A DNA stretch of 63,809 nucleotides, filler included, from Hausera hauseri (lineage: Eukaryota): the NCBI GenBank assembly GCA_046269625.1. It is 10 parts of 10 records of this genome, joined end to end, with 100 filler letters (N's around TTAATTAATTAA, not from the genome) between each part and the next. Parts side by side here need not be neighbours in the genome. Positions count along the whole stretch, not along the records: positions 1 to 5,881 come from JBJURY010175083.1; positions 5,982 to 11,584 come from JBJURY010222965.1; positions 11,685 to 17,061 come from JBJURY010267508.1; 7 more parts are not named here. One strand, given 5' to 3'. The notes under the pieces are model-generated. The model had not been told where the DNA came from. It was given only the letters and a program-made list of their open reading frames with translations, and did not search any database. Position numbers and translations under genes: made by a program. Below, piece by piece: positions 1 to 13,404 of the stretch (within the stretch, counting starts at the first letter, position 1; every line of letters begins with the position of its first letter).

Positions 1-282
1 TTTCACTTACAGTATCTTCCATAACTTACCAATTTATTTCTATAGTATAATATAATTAAATAGTTTATATAAACTGAAATCCTGATTTATAATTGTTTAA
101 AACTAAATTACAAAACTTTGCTTTATCAAAAAGAAATAAAATAATAAAAGAAATAAAATATTTATTTACAAAATTATGTACAACTTTTCTATTTATAACA
201 ATTTTTATATAAAAATCTAGAGTGACGATACACATTGGCACCAGTTCTAAATTGTGTTCCTTCTTCCAACCTCTTTTCAGCT

Positions 283-3200
283 TGGGTATATACAGATTTG
301 TATCCATCTGCATGCTTTTTCGTTTGTACTGCCTTCTGACAATCTGCATCCTTTTCTATTTGTGCCCGGACTGCTTCCTGACAAACTGCATCCTTTTCCC
401 AATGTGTGTCTACTGCATTCTGACCATCTGCATCCTCTTCTGTTTGATTCCGTAATGCCTTCTGATCATCTGCATCCATTTCTGTTTGTGTGTATACTGC
501 CTTCTGACAACGTGCAACCTTTCCTGTTTGTGACCGCACTGTATTCTGAGAATCTGCATCATTTATGTTTATGGCAGAACTGCATTATGATAATCTGCAT
601 CCTTCCGGTTTGTGCCTGTACTGAATTCTGACAATTTGCATTCTTTCCTGTTTCTGTCTGTACTGCCTTTTGACAATCTGCATACTTTGTCTTTGTGTTT
701 GTACTGCCTTCTGACAACCTGCAACCTTTTCTGTTTGTGACCGCACTGTCTGCTGAGAATCTGCATCCTTTATGTTTATGTCTGTACTGCCTTCTGAAAA
801 TCTGCAGCCTTTCTGTTTGTGTCTGTACTGTATTCTGAAAATCTGCATTCTTTTCGGTTTGTGACTGTTCTGCATTCTGACAATTTGCATCCTTTTCTGT
901 TTGTGACTGTACTGCCTTCTGACTATCTCCATCCTTTCCCGTTTGTGTCTGTGCTGCCTACTGAAAATCTGCATCTAATACTGCTTGTGTTCTACTGCCT
1001 TCTTACCATCTGCATCCTTTTCTGTTTATGTCTGTACTGCTTTCTTACAATCTGCATCCTTTCTGTTTGTGCATGCACTGCCTTCTATCAATCAGCATCC
1101 AATTTCTTTTGCGTCTGTACTGCTTTCTGAAAGTCTGCGTCCTTATCCGTTTGCGTCTGTACTGCATTCGGACAATCTGCATCTTTTTCCGTTTGTGTCT
1201 CTACTACCTTCTAATAATTTGCATCCAGTCTATCTATGTCTGTACTGCCTTCTGATAACCTGAATCCTTTTCCGTTTGTGTCTCTAATGCCTTTTGACAA
1301 TCTGCTTCCTTTCTGTTTGTGGCTGCACTGCCTTCTGTCCACGGCGTCCTTTTACATTTGCGTCTGTACTCCTTCTGAAAATCTGCATCCTTTACTCTTT
1401 GTGTCTCTACTGGCTTCTAACCATCTGCATCCTTTTCTGTTTGTGGACGCATTGCATTCTGACCATCTGCATCCATTCTGTCTATGTGTGTATTGCCTTC
1501 TCAAAATGTTCATGCTTTCTGTTTGTGTCTGTACTGCGTTTTGACAATCTGCATCCTTTTCATTTTGTCACTGTACTGCATTCTGTCAAGCTGCATCCTT
1601 CTCTGTTTGCGCTAGTACTAATTTCTGACAATCTGCATCCTTTCTGTTTGTATATGTACTGCCTTCTAACAATCTGCATCCTTTCCTCTTTGTGTGTGTT
1701 CTGCCTTCTGATTATCTGCATCCCTTTCCGCTTGTGTCTCTAGTGCCTTCTGATAATCGGCTCTCTTTCTGTTTGTGACTGCACTGCCTTCTGAAAACGG
1801 CATCATTTTTCATTTGCGTCTGTACTGCCTTCTGACAATCTGCATCCTTTACTCTTTGTATTTCTACTAGCTTCTAACCATCTGCATCATTTTCTGTTTG
1901 TGGCCGTATTGCATTCTGACCATATGCATCCATTATTATTATGCGTGCACTGCATTCTGAAAATGTGCATGCTTTCTGTTTGTGTCTGTACTTCATTTTG
2001 AAAATCTGCATCATTTCTCTTTGTGTCTGTAGTGCTTTCCGACAATTTTCATCCTTTTCTGTTTGTGTATATACTGCCCTCTGACAATCTGCATCATTTT
2101 CCGATAGCGTCTGTACTGCCGTCTGATCATCTGCACCCTTTTCTGTTTGACTCTGTACTGCATTCTGACAATATGCATGCTTTTATCTTTGAGTCTGTAC
2201 TGCCTTCTGACAATATGCATGCTTTTTTGTTTATGTCTGTACTGCCTTCTGAAAATATGCATCCTTTTCTCTTGTTGTCCGTACTGCTTTCCGACAATCT
2301 TTATCCTTTTCTGTTTGTGTATTTACTGCCTTCTGAAAATCGGCATCCTTTCTGTTTGTGTCTGTACTGCCTTCTGATAATATGCATCCTTTACTGTTTG
2401 CGTGTATACAGCTTTCTGACAATCTGTATCCTTTTCCGATAGTGTCTGTACTGCCTTCTGATCATCTGCACCCTTTGCAGTTTGCCTCTGTACTGCATTC
2501 TCATAATATGCATCCTTTTCTATTTGAGTCTGTACTGCCTTCTGACAATCTTCATCCTTTTCTGTTTGTGTACATACTTCCATCTGACAATCTGCATCCT
2601 TCCTGTTTATATCTGTACTGCCTTTTGGCAATACGCATCCTTTCTGTTTGTGTATATGCTGCATTCTTACAGTTTGCATCCTTTCCACTGTGTGTCTCTA
2701 TTGCCTTCTTACCATCTGCACATTTTTGACTTGCGCCGCTACTGCGTTCTGATGATCTGCATCCTATCTGTTTATACCTGTACTGCCTTCGGACGATCTG
2801 CATCCTTCTCTGTTTGTGTCTGTAGTGCTTTCCGACAATATTCATCCTTTTCTATTTGTGTATATACTTCCATCTGACAATCTGCATCCTTACTGTTTAT
2901 ATCTGTACTGCCTTCTGGCAATACGCATCCTTTCTGTGTGTGTATATACTGCCTTCTTACAATCTCCATCCTTTTGAATTTGTGGCTGTACTGTATTCTG
3001 ACAATCTTCATCCTTTTCTGTTTGTGTATATACTGCCTTCTCTCTAACTGCATTTTTTCTCTTTATGGCTGTAGTGCCTTCTGACAGTATGCATCCTTTA
3101 CAGTTTGTGTATATGCTTCCTTCTGTCAATCTGCATCATTTACTGTTGTTGTCTGTACTGCCTTCTGATCATCTGCACATTTTTGATTTGCGTCTGTACT

Positions 3201-5260
3201 GAAATCTGACAATCTGCATCCTTTCTTGTTTATGTCTCTACTGAATTTTTACAATCTGCATCATTTCCTCTATGTATCTGTACTGCCCTCTGACCATCTG
3301 CACATTTTTGACTTGAGCAGGTACTGCCTTCGCATGATTTGCATCCTTTTCTCTTTATGTCTGTACTGCCTTCTGACCATCTGCACCCTTTGATGTTTGC
3401 CTCTGTACTGCATTCTGAAAATATGTATCCTTTTCTATTTGAATCTGTACTGCTTTCTGACAATATGCACGGTTTATTGTTTGTGTCTGTACTGCCTTCT
3501 GATAATATGCATCCTTTACTGTTTGCGTGTATACAGCTTTCTGACAATCTGTATNNNNNNNNNNNNNNNNNNNNNNNNNNNNNNNNNNNNNNNNNNNNNN
3601 NNNNNNNNNNNNNNNNNNNNNNNNNNNNNNNNNNNNNNNNNNNNNNNNNNNNNNCCTTTTCCCATTGTGTCTGTACTGCCTTCTGACCATCTGCATCCTT
3701 TTCTATATGAGTCTCTAATGCCTTCTGACAATCTCCATCCTTTTGAATTTGTGGCTCTACTGCATTCTGACAATCTGCATCCTTTCTGATTGTGTATATA
3801 CTGCCTTCTGACAATCTGCATCCTTTCCTCTTTGCGTCTGTTCTGCCTTCTGACAATCTGCATCCTTTCGCTTTCTGCCTGTACTGCCTTCTGACCATCT
3901 GCATCCTTTGCTATTTTTGTCTGTACTACCTTCTGATAATCTGCGTCCTTTCTGCTTTGTATGCACTGTATTCTGACAATCTGCATCCTTTGCGTTTGTG
4001 TCTATACTGCCCTCTGACCATATGCATCATTTTCTACTTTCGTGTATACTGCCTTCTGATAACCTGCATCCTTTTCCATTTGTGTCTGTATTGCTTTCTG
4101 ATCATCTGCATCCTTTCTGTTCGTCTCTGTACTGCCCTCTAACAATGTGCATCCTTTTATCTTTGTGTTTGTACTGCCTTCTTACATTCTGCATTCTTTC
4201 TGTTCATGCTCGTACTCTCTTCTAACCGTCTGCATCCTCTTCTCTTTGTCTCCGTACTGCTTTCTGACAATCTGCATGCATTTCTGTTTGTGTCTGTGCT
4301 GCCTTCTAACAATCTGCATCCTTTTCTGTTTTTGTCCGTACTACCTTCTGACCATCTGCATCCTTTCTGTTCATGTATTTGTTGCCGTCTTACAATCTGC
4401 ATCCTTTCTGTTTGTGTCTCCACTGCATTCTATTAATCTGCATTCTTTTTTGTTTGTGTATGTACTGCGTTCAGATAATCTGCATCCTTTCCCTTTTTGT
4501 ATGTACTGCATTCTGATAATCTTCATCCTTTTCAGTTTGTGTTTGTACTTCCTCCTGACAATCTTCATCCTTTTCTCTTTGTGTGTATACTGCCTTTGGC
4601 AATCTGCATACTTTTGTTTTTGTGTATATACTGCTTTCTGACAAACTGCATCCTTTACTGCTTGTGTCTGTACTGCCCTCTGACCACCTGCATCCTTTTC
4701 CCTTTGTGTCCGTATTCTCTTCTAACAATCATCTTCCTCTTCTGTTTGTGTCCGTACTGCATTCTGACCACTTCCAACCTTTTCCCTTTGTGTATGTGCC
4801 GCATTCTGTAAATCTGCATTCTTTTCTGTTTGTGTCTCTTCTGTCATCTGACCATCTGCATTCTTTTCCGTTTGTGTCTGTACTGCCTTCTGACAATCTG
4901 CATCCTTTTCTGTTTGTGTCCGTACTCTCTTCTAATCACCTGCATCCTTTCTGTTTGTGTCCGTACTGCCTTCTGATCATACGCATCCTTTTTCCTTTGT
5001 GTCTGCACTGCCTTCTGACAATCTGCATCCTTTACTGTTTGCCTCTGTACTGCCTTCTGACAATATGCATTTTTTTGTGCCGTACTGTCTTTTGAAAATC
5101 TGCATCCTCTTCTGTTTGACTCTGTACTGCCTTGTGACCATATGGATCCTTTTCTACTTGCGTCTTTTCTGCCTTCTGATAATCTGATTCTTTTTCCGTT
5201 TGTGTCTTTACTGCGTTCTTGCTATCTGCATCCGTTTCTGTTTGTATCTCCACTGCATTC
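283..5260. repeat. Diverged tandem satellite/minisatellite with a 41-42 bp unit (consensus approx. TGTGTCTGTACTGCCTTCTGACAATCTGCATCCTTTTCTGTT), interrupted by a 100-N gap at 3555-3654
   Basis: The unit recurs continuously for about 5 kb. The many overlapping ORFs (FVSVLPSDNLHPFL / QKAVQTQTEKDADC) are translations of the unit and shift frame at each 41-bp copy. Confidence 0.95.
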
Positions 5261-5881
5261 TAGTAGGGGGAAAATGTTCGATTTTGCGCATGTGCCGAAT
5301 GATAGTGCACATTGTGCACTATCGATCCACGAAGTGCCTAACAATGGTGCCGTTAGGCACCGTTGCCAAGGGCACTTTTGCACTTTTCAATTATTGATCG
5401 CTGCACAGTGCAGTATTGATCGAATCAATCGGAACAAAGTGCTAATCGATAGAGCACATCAATGCGAATCGATTGGTGCACAGTGCAAGTGTGCAAAAGT
5501 CAATGATATTGTGTTTTTCAGTTTTCAAAAGTCGATCTTTGGGCCTCGAGACCGGGTGCAATCGCAAGTGCACTTGATGTTGTATATTAATGTGCAGTAA
5601 GAATTTAAATCGATTGATTGGTTTTTGAATAATTCGCAAGTGAGACAGAAAGCACATAGGCCTTTCCGCTATAAATATTAAATCAATGATATCAAAATGG
5701 TACATGTTCAGGCGTGTACAGTAGACGATGCACTTTCAATCAGTGCACACATCAAGTGTGTATTGATTATCGATCGGTGTGCAGGAGCACTTTCACTTTA
5801 CGAACTTTTGCAATTGTGCAGCGTAGGATTGATGGAATTGATTGGGATCAAGTGCAGTTAGATAGAGCACATCGAGATGCA
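5261..5881. repeat. Palindrome-rich repeat segment (GTGCAC/ATCGAT-rich), possibly the end of a non-autonomous DNA transposon
   Basis: Abrupt change of composition after the satellite. Perfect inverted repeats at 5301-5323 and 5334-5360. Diverged internal duplication of approx. 5385-5465 at approx. 5800-5881. Confidence 0.45.
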
Positions 5882-5981
5882 NNNNNNNNNNNNNNNNNNN
5901 NNNNNNNNNNNNNNNNNNNNNNNNNTTAATTAATTAANNNNNNNNNNNNNNNNNNNNNNNNNNNNNNNNNNNNNNNNNNNN
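5882..5981. other. Artificial contig spacer N44-TTAATTAATTAA-N44 (also at 11585-11684, 17062-17161, 26653-26752, 35823-35922, 41276-41375, 46933-47032, 54691-54790, 59748-59847)
   Basis: The same 100-nt structure, with stops in all six frames, occurs nine times. Confidence 0.98.
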
Positions 5982-6165
5982 TGATGTAAGCCAATACATG
6001 ATATATTATCAACCGAACCTCTAGCCTCTTCTGCTTTTTGACCTAAATGCGGCTGAAGTGGCTTAGAATTGTTTTTAATTTGTCACTCCTGCTTATTTTG
6101 ATGATGCTCTCTTCAGCTGCATTTTTTTTTTGTTGTTATTGCTCAGAAAAGTGATGAATACTCAC

Positions 6166-8834
6166 ATTTAACTTGAAGAACCTTGGAATGTGTCTGGTCC
6201 TTAGCTCCCTTGTACATTATGCTGCACTGTAACGGCTTCCTGTGATCAGCGTGCGTCGGCTGAAAGGTCAGAACAGACGTGGCATTCCACTGGCCTGCAG
6301 TGAGCTGACTGAACATTTGATTCTCTTTTCCAGAGTGACTCCATTTGAAAACAGGAGGAGAGAGGGGGCAGAAGTAGGACACGGAACAGGTAGCAGAGAC
6401 GGTTTCCTCCGCCTTCATCTGGTCTTTCACAGAAAACTGGATGGGCTCTGGCTCACCTGCATCCAAGTAAAAGATCAAAGTGACTTCAAGTGTCTGCACA
6501 TGCAAGGAAAGAGGAAGCCTGTTTCATTTAAAATGAAACCTTAGTTTTATTAATAATAAGAGAGAAGAGATTTTGTCTCCATGAACATTTTATACTTAAA
6601 TCTATGAACACTTGGAAATACTGGCCTCATGTTGTTCTTTTCTCTATTTTACCATAAGTTGTTGCTTTTGACACATGAAAACATTTCATGTGTTTATAAC
6701 ATTTTTAACTTAAGCATGTCGCCATTTTACTGACGCAGTGCATTCTGGGGATCATAATAGGTTACAGTTGAAACTTAAATATAAAGTCAAGGCTAAACAG
6801 TTATAAAGCGGGATGATAAATTTGATTTTTATTAGTTTTTATGTTCTCCACAATATATGTAAGCTCCCAAGTTAATAATAGTGTTATCTGCAGAGCTAAT
6901 ATCATTTGCTCAGCAGCTAAGAAATATAACTTATATATATGTGAATATTAGTTATATAATTAACACTATATCACCATATATGTATATATGAGCTCAGGAG
7001 CTTAATAAAAGCTAACAAGCTAAAGTTGAGGTGAGACTTCAGTGAAAAAGCTCTTTTGTCCTCCATCCCCATTTTCAGTTTTGAGTCATTTCTATTTCAT
7101 CAATGTGCTCCGAAACCAGACATTGTTTAAGATTAACTTTCAAGATGGATTTAGCTCACAACCGAGCATCTAGTAGGTGTTATCATTTACCAAGTATGCT
7201 TTGCATCCTAAATAATTTGGCCATCTCCGTGTGACAATACGTTTTTAAAATTTATTAGACCATAACAGCTTAGAATGTTTTACAGTCTCGATTTTGTAGT
7301 TGAAGTAAATGTTTATTAAATAACGTTGAATTTTACAACTGGAGTTCCCTTAAGAGAGAAACTGCAGAGGAGAGATCTCAATATAGAAATGACAAAATCA
7401 GTTCATCTTCGCTTTTGACTCAAAATTTGGTGTGATATTTGTGTTCTTCATGTCAGTTCTCTGAACATTACATCTTGTGAGATCTCCCAATATGATTTGA
7501 AATGACATATCTCACATTCAGTGAAAGTCACAAATCCTTATATTGCTCAAAAATAAAACTTTAAACATAACACTTAACAAAACATAAAAAAGAATAAAAC
7601 TGGTTTATTTAAGAGGTTTTCCTTAAAACAATCAAAAACTGTGCCAGTTTAATATTTTTTGTTCAATTTCAAGGGTTTAGGTTCAGTAAGGTTCCTTAAA
7701 GTCTGCACCATTTCCTGGAAATCTTTTGCATATGTATAAAAAATAAAAAAAAATGTGAATCTAAACATAAAATGAGGAAGAGAAATTCGGGCACAAACTA
7801 TAATTAGTTGTAAACATGACCCCTTTTATATATTTACAGCTTAATGTTTTCTTTACTCGATGAGATGAACAGAGAAATGTGGTTTGATATTATATACATA
7901 AAACTATATTTGATTTCATTGTTTAAACTTTTCATTTAATTTTTTTGCACATGTATTATCTCACCATCTACAAGTTTTTACCTTAACTTGAGCTGTTGCC
8001 CCCCTTGTGGAGGTCCAATTTTTGCCTTCTTGTAGTGATCTTAGTTTAAAACTCTGGCATGAAAGGTTGTGGGTGAAACACATTCCATCTAAAAAATCTA
8101 GGCCAGGGGTCTTCCTGTGACTCTGGGGTCACATGCCGCCCTTTGGTCCCTATGCAGCGGCTCTGAAGTTTTGACCAAAATGAACAAAAGGCTACATTTT
8201 TCTGTTTTTTTTTTATATCCACAACAGAAAAGGCTAGCTTTAGCAGTTTTACTGTCAATATGGTTGCAAATAATGTGATTAATACTGTCAATAAAAGAAG
8301 TAAAACATGTTGTTTAGTATATTTACTTACTCAACACTGAAATGGAGACTCTTTCACTGTAGGAATAACTGTCGAAGTCCTTCATTTCAATCCTGAACCT
8401 GAAAGGCCCCGTGTCACTCGACTGAAGAGGATCGATCATCAGAGTGCAGTTTTGATTCTTGACGTCTCCCAACAGCTTCGTTCGACTCCTGTAGTTCTGC
8501 TGTATCTCAGATTGTTGTGGGTGAAAGATGGGGACTGTCTCAACAAACCAAATTCCTTTGAACTCAGTGGGGGGCTTCGTTGGATTTGGGTATGAAAAAG
8601 AGCACGGGATCACCACGCAGGACCCTCTCAGACCTTTAACTGAGGATGGCATCGCAGATTTCCATAAAGTAGACTCACTGTCAACAACTGCAATAAAGTG
8701 TAGGAACAAGTGATGAAGTAAAAGTTTCAGAACTAAATCTGATCTAGAGCTGGACCTATATTTGATTAAAAAAAACAAACCATACCTTCACTCAAAAAGC
8801 ATGCACAAAAGAAAACCCAGCCTGAAGCGCCCAT
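6166..8834 (-). CDS. Teleost-type Siglec / myelin-associated-glycoprotein-like gene, 5' part: signal exon 8834-8786, V-set Ig exon 8687-8331, C2-type Ig exon 6456-6166
   Basis: All three exons have GT/AG boundaries in phase 1. Signal exon MGASGWVFFCACFLSE. V-set exon WKSAMPSSVKGLRGSCVVIPCSF...NCTLMIDPLQSSDTGPFRFRIE carries the Siglec F-strand Arg. Second Ig exon ATCSVSYFCPLSPPVFKW...SVLTFQPTHADHRKPLQC. The gene runs off the contig end. Confidence 0.9.
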
Positions 8835-10100
8835 CTTATCTTCAGGGTCCAGTCTGCACATGAAAAAAGTAACACAGAAAATGTTATATGTCGCAGTTGC
8901 AGCTATTTTTATGCCATGATTCGTGATTAGTCAGGTTTCTGTTCCACTTTTGAAGAAACACTTTATCCTGTGAGTTTCACACGTGCATTGGGTGTGTATG
9001 TGTTATTGACCCTCACTCATCAAACGAGCTTGAATTCCTTTTCACACTCTTTTGCAACACTAACTACTTTGAAATTCTCCATTGCAATTTTGCAATCTAA
9101 TTCACTCACTGAAAGTATTTTATATCTTTTCTGTCTCTGGGAATCCCTTGGGATGCTCCTGACAGTGCTGCTGAGGAAAAGGATGTCCGAGTTTCTCTTT
9201 TGACTTTGTTGGAGTTCTCTTTTTACTCATTACTAAATAACTACTTTTTTATGGAGAGCCATTTTATTCAAAATTATTTATATTTATTTATTCATTTTGT
9301 AGTTTTTTGCATCACTTTTATATTGTAAAGATACGTTACGTATTTAGGAGGCTTTTATTTTTAACTCCCTTTTTATTTATTTCATGCTGTTGGTGTTTTC
9401 TCTGTGCGTAGGCATTACGGAAATGATCTGTTTCACCTGGCACCTCTGCAAAATAAAACATTCATTTCTATGAATAAAATGCTAAAAACACAGACATGTA
9501 TGTCAGAGATATGAAACTAAATTGCTCCGGGGGCCACAGTTACTGCAGGCCAACAGTTCAGGAGCAGAACATAATGTGAATAAAGCAAGTATTACAAAGA
9601 TCTGTTACTTTTTAAATAGTTTACTTTGCTGCACTTAATCATGAATACAACATACACTCTAGGTAATATAAGTACTGATAACAAACAATATCCAAAACAA
9701 AAGAACACAATGTGCCTCCTATTAACACAAATATTATTTTTACATCTCTGACTTGCCAAAATTTTAAGCCAATATTATTTTTACTTTCATAGATTTATCT
9801 TCAACTGCTTGTAGCTTTAACTGTCTTGGATGTTTCCAGAAATAGTTTTTACCAGCTTCTAGCCAAGATTTTGACATTTGGTTAAATAACGGTAAATAAA
9901 TTAAATAAATAAATTTCTGTAGATACCACATGTCTATGTCTAACTAAAGGAATTTATAGGAATTAAAGTAAAAAACTGGGGGTGGGGGGGGGGGGGGGGC
10001 TTAAGTAATAACGAACCAGTTGACCACCTTTGCCAAACTTTGCCCACTCATGGACTGGATGTGGCCCGTGGGCAGCCAGTGGAATAACCCTAATCATTAA

Positions 10101-10714
10101 GGCTATAACTTTAGATCTGGGGGGTTATGCTCTAAATGTCATGATCTGTGTTTTGTCCTCCTTGGCTTTTCTAGTGTTTCTATGTTCCCCTGTGTTTCTC
10201 TGCCTTCTGCACCGCCCATGCTCACCTGATTCCTCTTGTGTCTCTCCCAGGTGTTTCTCGTTAGTTCTGCTTTATATTCGGTGTCCTGTCATCAGTCTAG
10301 TGTCGGATCATTGTTTTTATTGTTTGAGCATCCCATGTTCTTGCTCACGTTTCAAGTTAAAGTTAAGCCTTGTAAGTTTTTGAGCTGCATCGTCAGCATT
10401 TTTTGATTTAATTAAAGATTTAGTTTTTTGCATTTTTACTCCTGCCTGCGCCCTGGGTCTTTGCCTCACCGTTCCTGACACTAAAACTCAGCATATCATT
10501 TTCAGCAATAATGCTTAAACGTACAAATGACATTGTAAATTTTTAAGTCAGGTCAAAGTCACCTAAAGACGACAAGAGAGTTGCAGCCGTCTATTTAAGA
10601 AGTTAATTTCTATTGTGTTTGAGCAAATAGTGTCATTTTATTGGGGGAGTTATATTGACTGGATCCAATTATTGTGGGGGTCATAACCCCCCTAACCCCC
10701 GCTGAAATAAATCC
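10101..10714. mobile_element. Non-autonomous DNA transposon remnant flanked by TTAA, with GG...CC ends (Kolobok- or Harbinger-like)
   Basis: TTAA at 10097-10100 and 10715-10718. Inverted motif GGGGGGTTATG (10119-10129) / CATAACCCCCC (10682-10692). The terminal inverted repeats are otherwise weak. Confidence 0.4.
10137..10480. mobile_element. Solo LTR (teleost-type), 344 bp
   Basis: Begins TGTCA and ends TGACA. Exact 5-bp target-site duplication CTAAA at 10132-10136 and 10481-10485. Confidence 0.85.
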
Positions 10715-12659
10715 TTAAACGAATAATAATGCATTGATTTTGTCTTATTTCTTGTAGACTTTTATTTACTTAATAAAATATTTATTCATACATTATTAAT
10801 TATAGTATTTATTTATTACATCTTGAATGAAATGGCTCTCCAAAAAGGAAAACAAAGAGTGCAGCAGACTGGAGTTCACACTGTTCTTTGTTGGCTTATC
10901 TTCTCTTCCTCCTCTTTGTTCATTGATTGACCCTCATTTGAACTTTAGAAAGAAGCAAATCTTCCACAAACAGATCTTGTTCTTCAAGTCTAGCTGATGA
11001 TTCATGTCCTGCTTTTCACCTCTGATGATCAGAGGTAGTTTTGGGTCTGTTTTTATTTATATGGCTTCTGTGCTTATTTTTCTCATACTGAAAAAAATAT
11101 ATAAATATCCTTGTTCAAGCTTTTCACAAAACGACAAGGGGACCTCAACAATCAACATTATAGAGCCAGAACCACACGAGTGTAGTTGTCGTCTAAAATG
11201 TCAAAGCTTCAAATTTTTTATATGAGCAATCTTACAAAGCATACGAACAAAAATTAAAAAATAAACACATTGACAAGAAAAACACAAGACAGTAAAATGA
11301 AACAAGACAGTAAAATAAAATCCTTAATATTTTCTAGAACAGAAAGTGTTCCTTGAAATAAAGTAACTGACCTTAAATTGGTTGTTTCACTGGCAGAGTT
11401 GTACTGAAATGTCCCTTTCTCATTTGATGATGCAGCCAATAAAACTATGCTGTATTTCCTGGTAAAAACTTTTACAAGTTTGAACTAAACACAAAGTGAA
11501 AAGACGTATGTTCTCTGCACTGCATCGAGTAAAAAGTGCCCCTCTTTGCTACTATGGAAGCGAATGTGACAATATATTAAAATTNNNNNNNNNNNNNNNN
11601 NNNNNNNNNNNNNNNNNNNNNNNNNNNNTTAATTAATTAANNNNNNNNNNNNNNNNNNNNNNNNNNNNNNNNNNNNNNNNNNNNATACCATTATTTTGAT
11701 TCGAATTTAGAAATCCTAAGTTTCGTATAATTGACTGCACATATGCTTCCGTGTAATCATTTTTCTCAAAATCCATAGTGTATGTTTCACGATAATCCAT
11801 ATTTCGTGTTAATGTTATAGACTTAACATTTTTGTGAACAAAAGCTGAACAATATTTGGTGTAATCACAATTTATTTGTGATGTTTCCATAAATGTTAAA
11901 AGTAAACAGAGTTATTTTACATTTATGATCTAGCCCTCCCTCTTAATATTAGCCATTTGTTATAAAATAAATTATTTCAAATAATTAGCATGTTTACAAA
12001 AAAGCCAAATTTACACTGTGGCTTTTCATTGCAAAGGGCAACTTTTGCGAGGTATTAAATTGCCCTTTGGTAAATTCCGATTTTTTTTTCACTGTACCCC
12101 AGATGCATCAGCAACCGAATAGGAATCGGATACCGATAAGAATAAAATGAAAAAGGTCTCATATAAATATCAAAAAACATAAGAAAAAGAACTTAAATCG
12201 GTAATATATAAATCTCGGGGCGATGTAAATGAAAAGGTCTATTAAAATGTTAGAATTGTCGAAAACGGGTAATTTTGCCCAAGTATTGTAGATCACATAA
12301 ATATCCAGAAGTCAGGTACGGATGACTCAAAATTAAAAAAATTAGATGAACGAGCTAACATAACTCTCCAACTACTACAGGAAATACAACATAGAAACAC
12401 TTTTCATATTTGTTAATAACATTAATTTTATCAAAAGCAAACAATAATTCCCAGCTCATCACAGCATTGAAATCACGATCCATTAGATATAAGAATCATT
12501 ATTTTTGAAAAACCGAACTAACCCCGATTTTCAATGCCGATCTTTTGCTGATTTTGAAATGTTTTCAAGATTTGTTCTTAACTTCCAATAAAATGCAAAA
12601 TGGGAAATTCTAATATTACCTCGAAAGGATTCAAATAATGTCTGTGTATGTGACATTAC

Positions 12660-13404
12660 CTGTTCAAAACTCTTCTTTTTTAATTCGGCAATTTCATTTA
12701 ATAATTCTGTCGAATTCTGAATTAGTTTACTGTTGGCTACAGAAGTTAAATAAATATTAATAATTTAGAAGAATGACCTGATTTTAATTTGGTTTCAGCC
12801 TTACGATATCTTTCATTATCTGTAATGAAATTTTTTTAAATTACTATTAAAACACATCGTAGAATCGATTTATTGATTTTGTTAGTGACATGAAAATTGA
12901 GTAGAGATTTAGAAAATTCAAGACTATGACTAAATTTTAATTTTAAGACCTGTAAAATTATAAGTAATGTACCAAATAACTGAAATGAAATTAAAGTTAA
13001 ATAATTGTCTGGATCTTTATGAAGCTACAATTTAATTCGTCTATCAAACACCAAACAATGAATCTCCTAAAATAAATTTTAACTTACGCTCGTTCAGTTC
13101 TTTGTTGTTTTTCTTCAATTCGCCAATTTCTGAAATATAAACATTTTAATAATATCATCAAAATTTTTCTGCAATAATTCTGCAATCATCAATCAGAAAA
13201 AGTCGTGAAATTCTGAACAGTCAAAATATTTTCATTTTTTAATTTATTTACCGTAAACAAATTGGCTTAATCATTTAGCATTCCCATCAATTATACTAAA
13301 GATATTCACAAGATTTTATATGTAACATCACTAAAGAAATTTTGTAATCAATTGTAACTTACGACTTTTCAATTCTCCATTGTCTTTCTTCAATCTGTCA
13401 ATTT
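12660..13404 (-). CDS. Putative coiled-coil gene (possibly decayed) built from micro-exons: 13404-13363, 13129-13088, 12819-12778 (42 nt each) and 12736-12660
   Basis: Each exon is bounded by AG/GT. Translations IDRLKKDNGELKS, IGELKKNNKELNE, NERYRKAETKLKS and NSKLIQNSTELLNEIAELKKKSFEQ are heptad-like. A 41-nt intron spans 12777-12737. Confidence 0.5.

Noticed and set aside
200-270. Minus-strand peptide HNLELVPMCIVTLDFYI resembling alpha-tubulin acetyltransferase HNEVEPLCILDFYI
   Set aside because: It needs gaps, has no flanking homology and is too short to separate from chance.
189-5253. Dozens of overlapping repetitive ORFs, or a CRISPR-like array
   Set aside because: They are translations of a 41/42-bp satellite with constant frame changes. 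There are no unique spacers or cas genes, and the context is eukaryotic.
5926-5937. Recurrent TTAATTAATTAA palindrome as a biological motif
   Set aside because: It is always centred in N44 padding, so it is an artificial six-frame-stop linker. Adjacency across spacers, such as the gypsy pieces either side of 41276-41375, carries no information.
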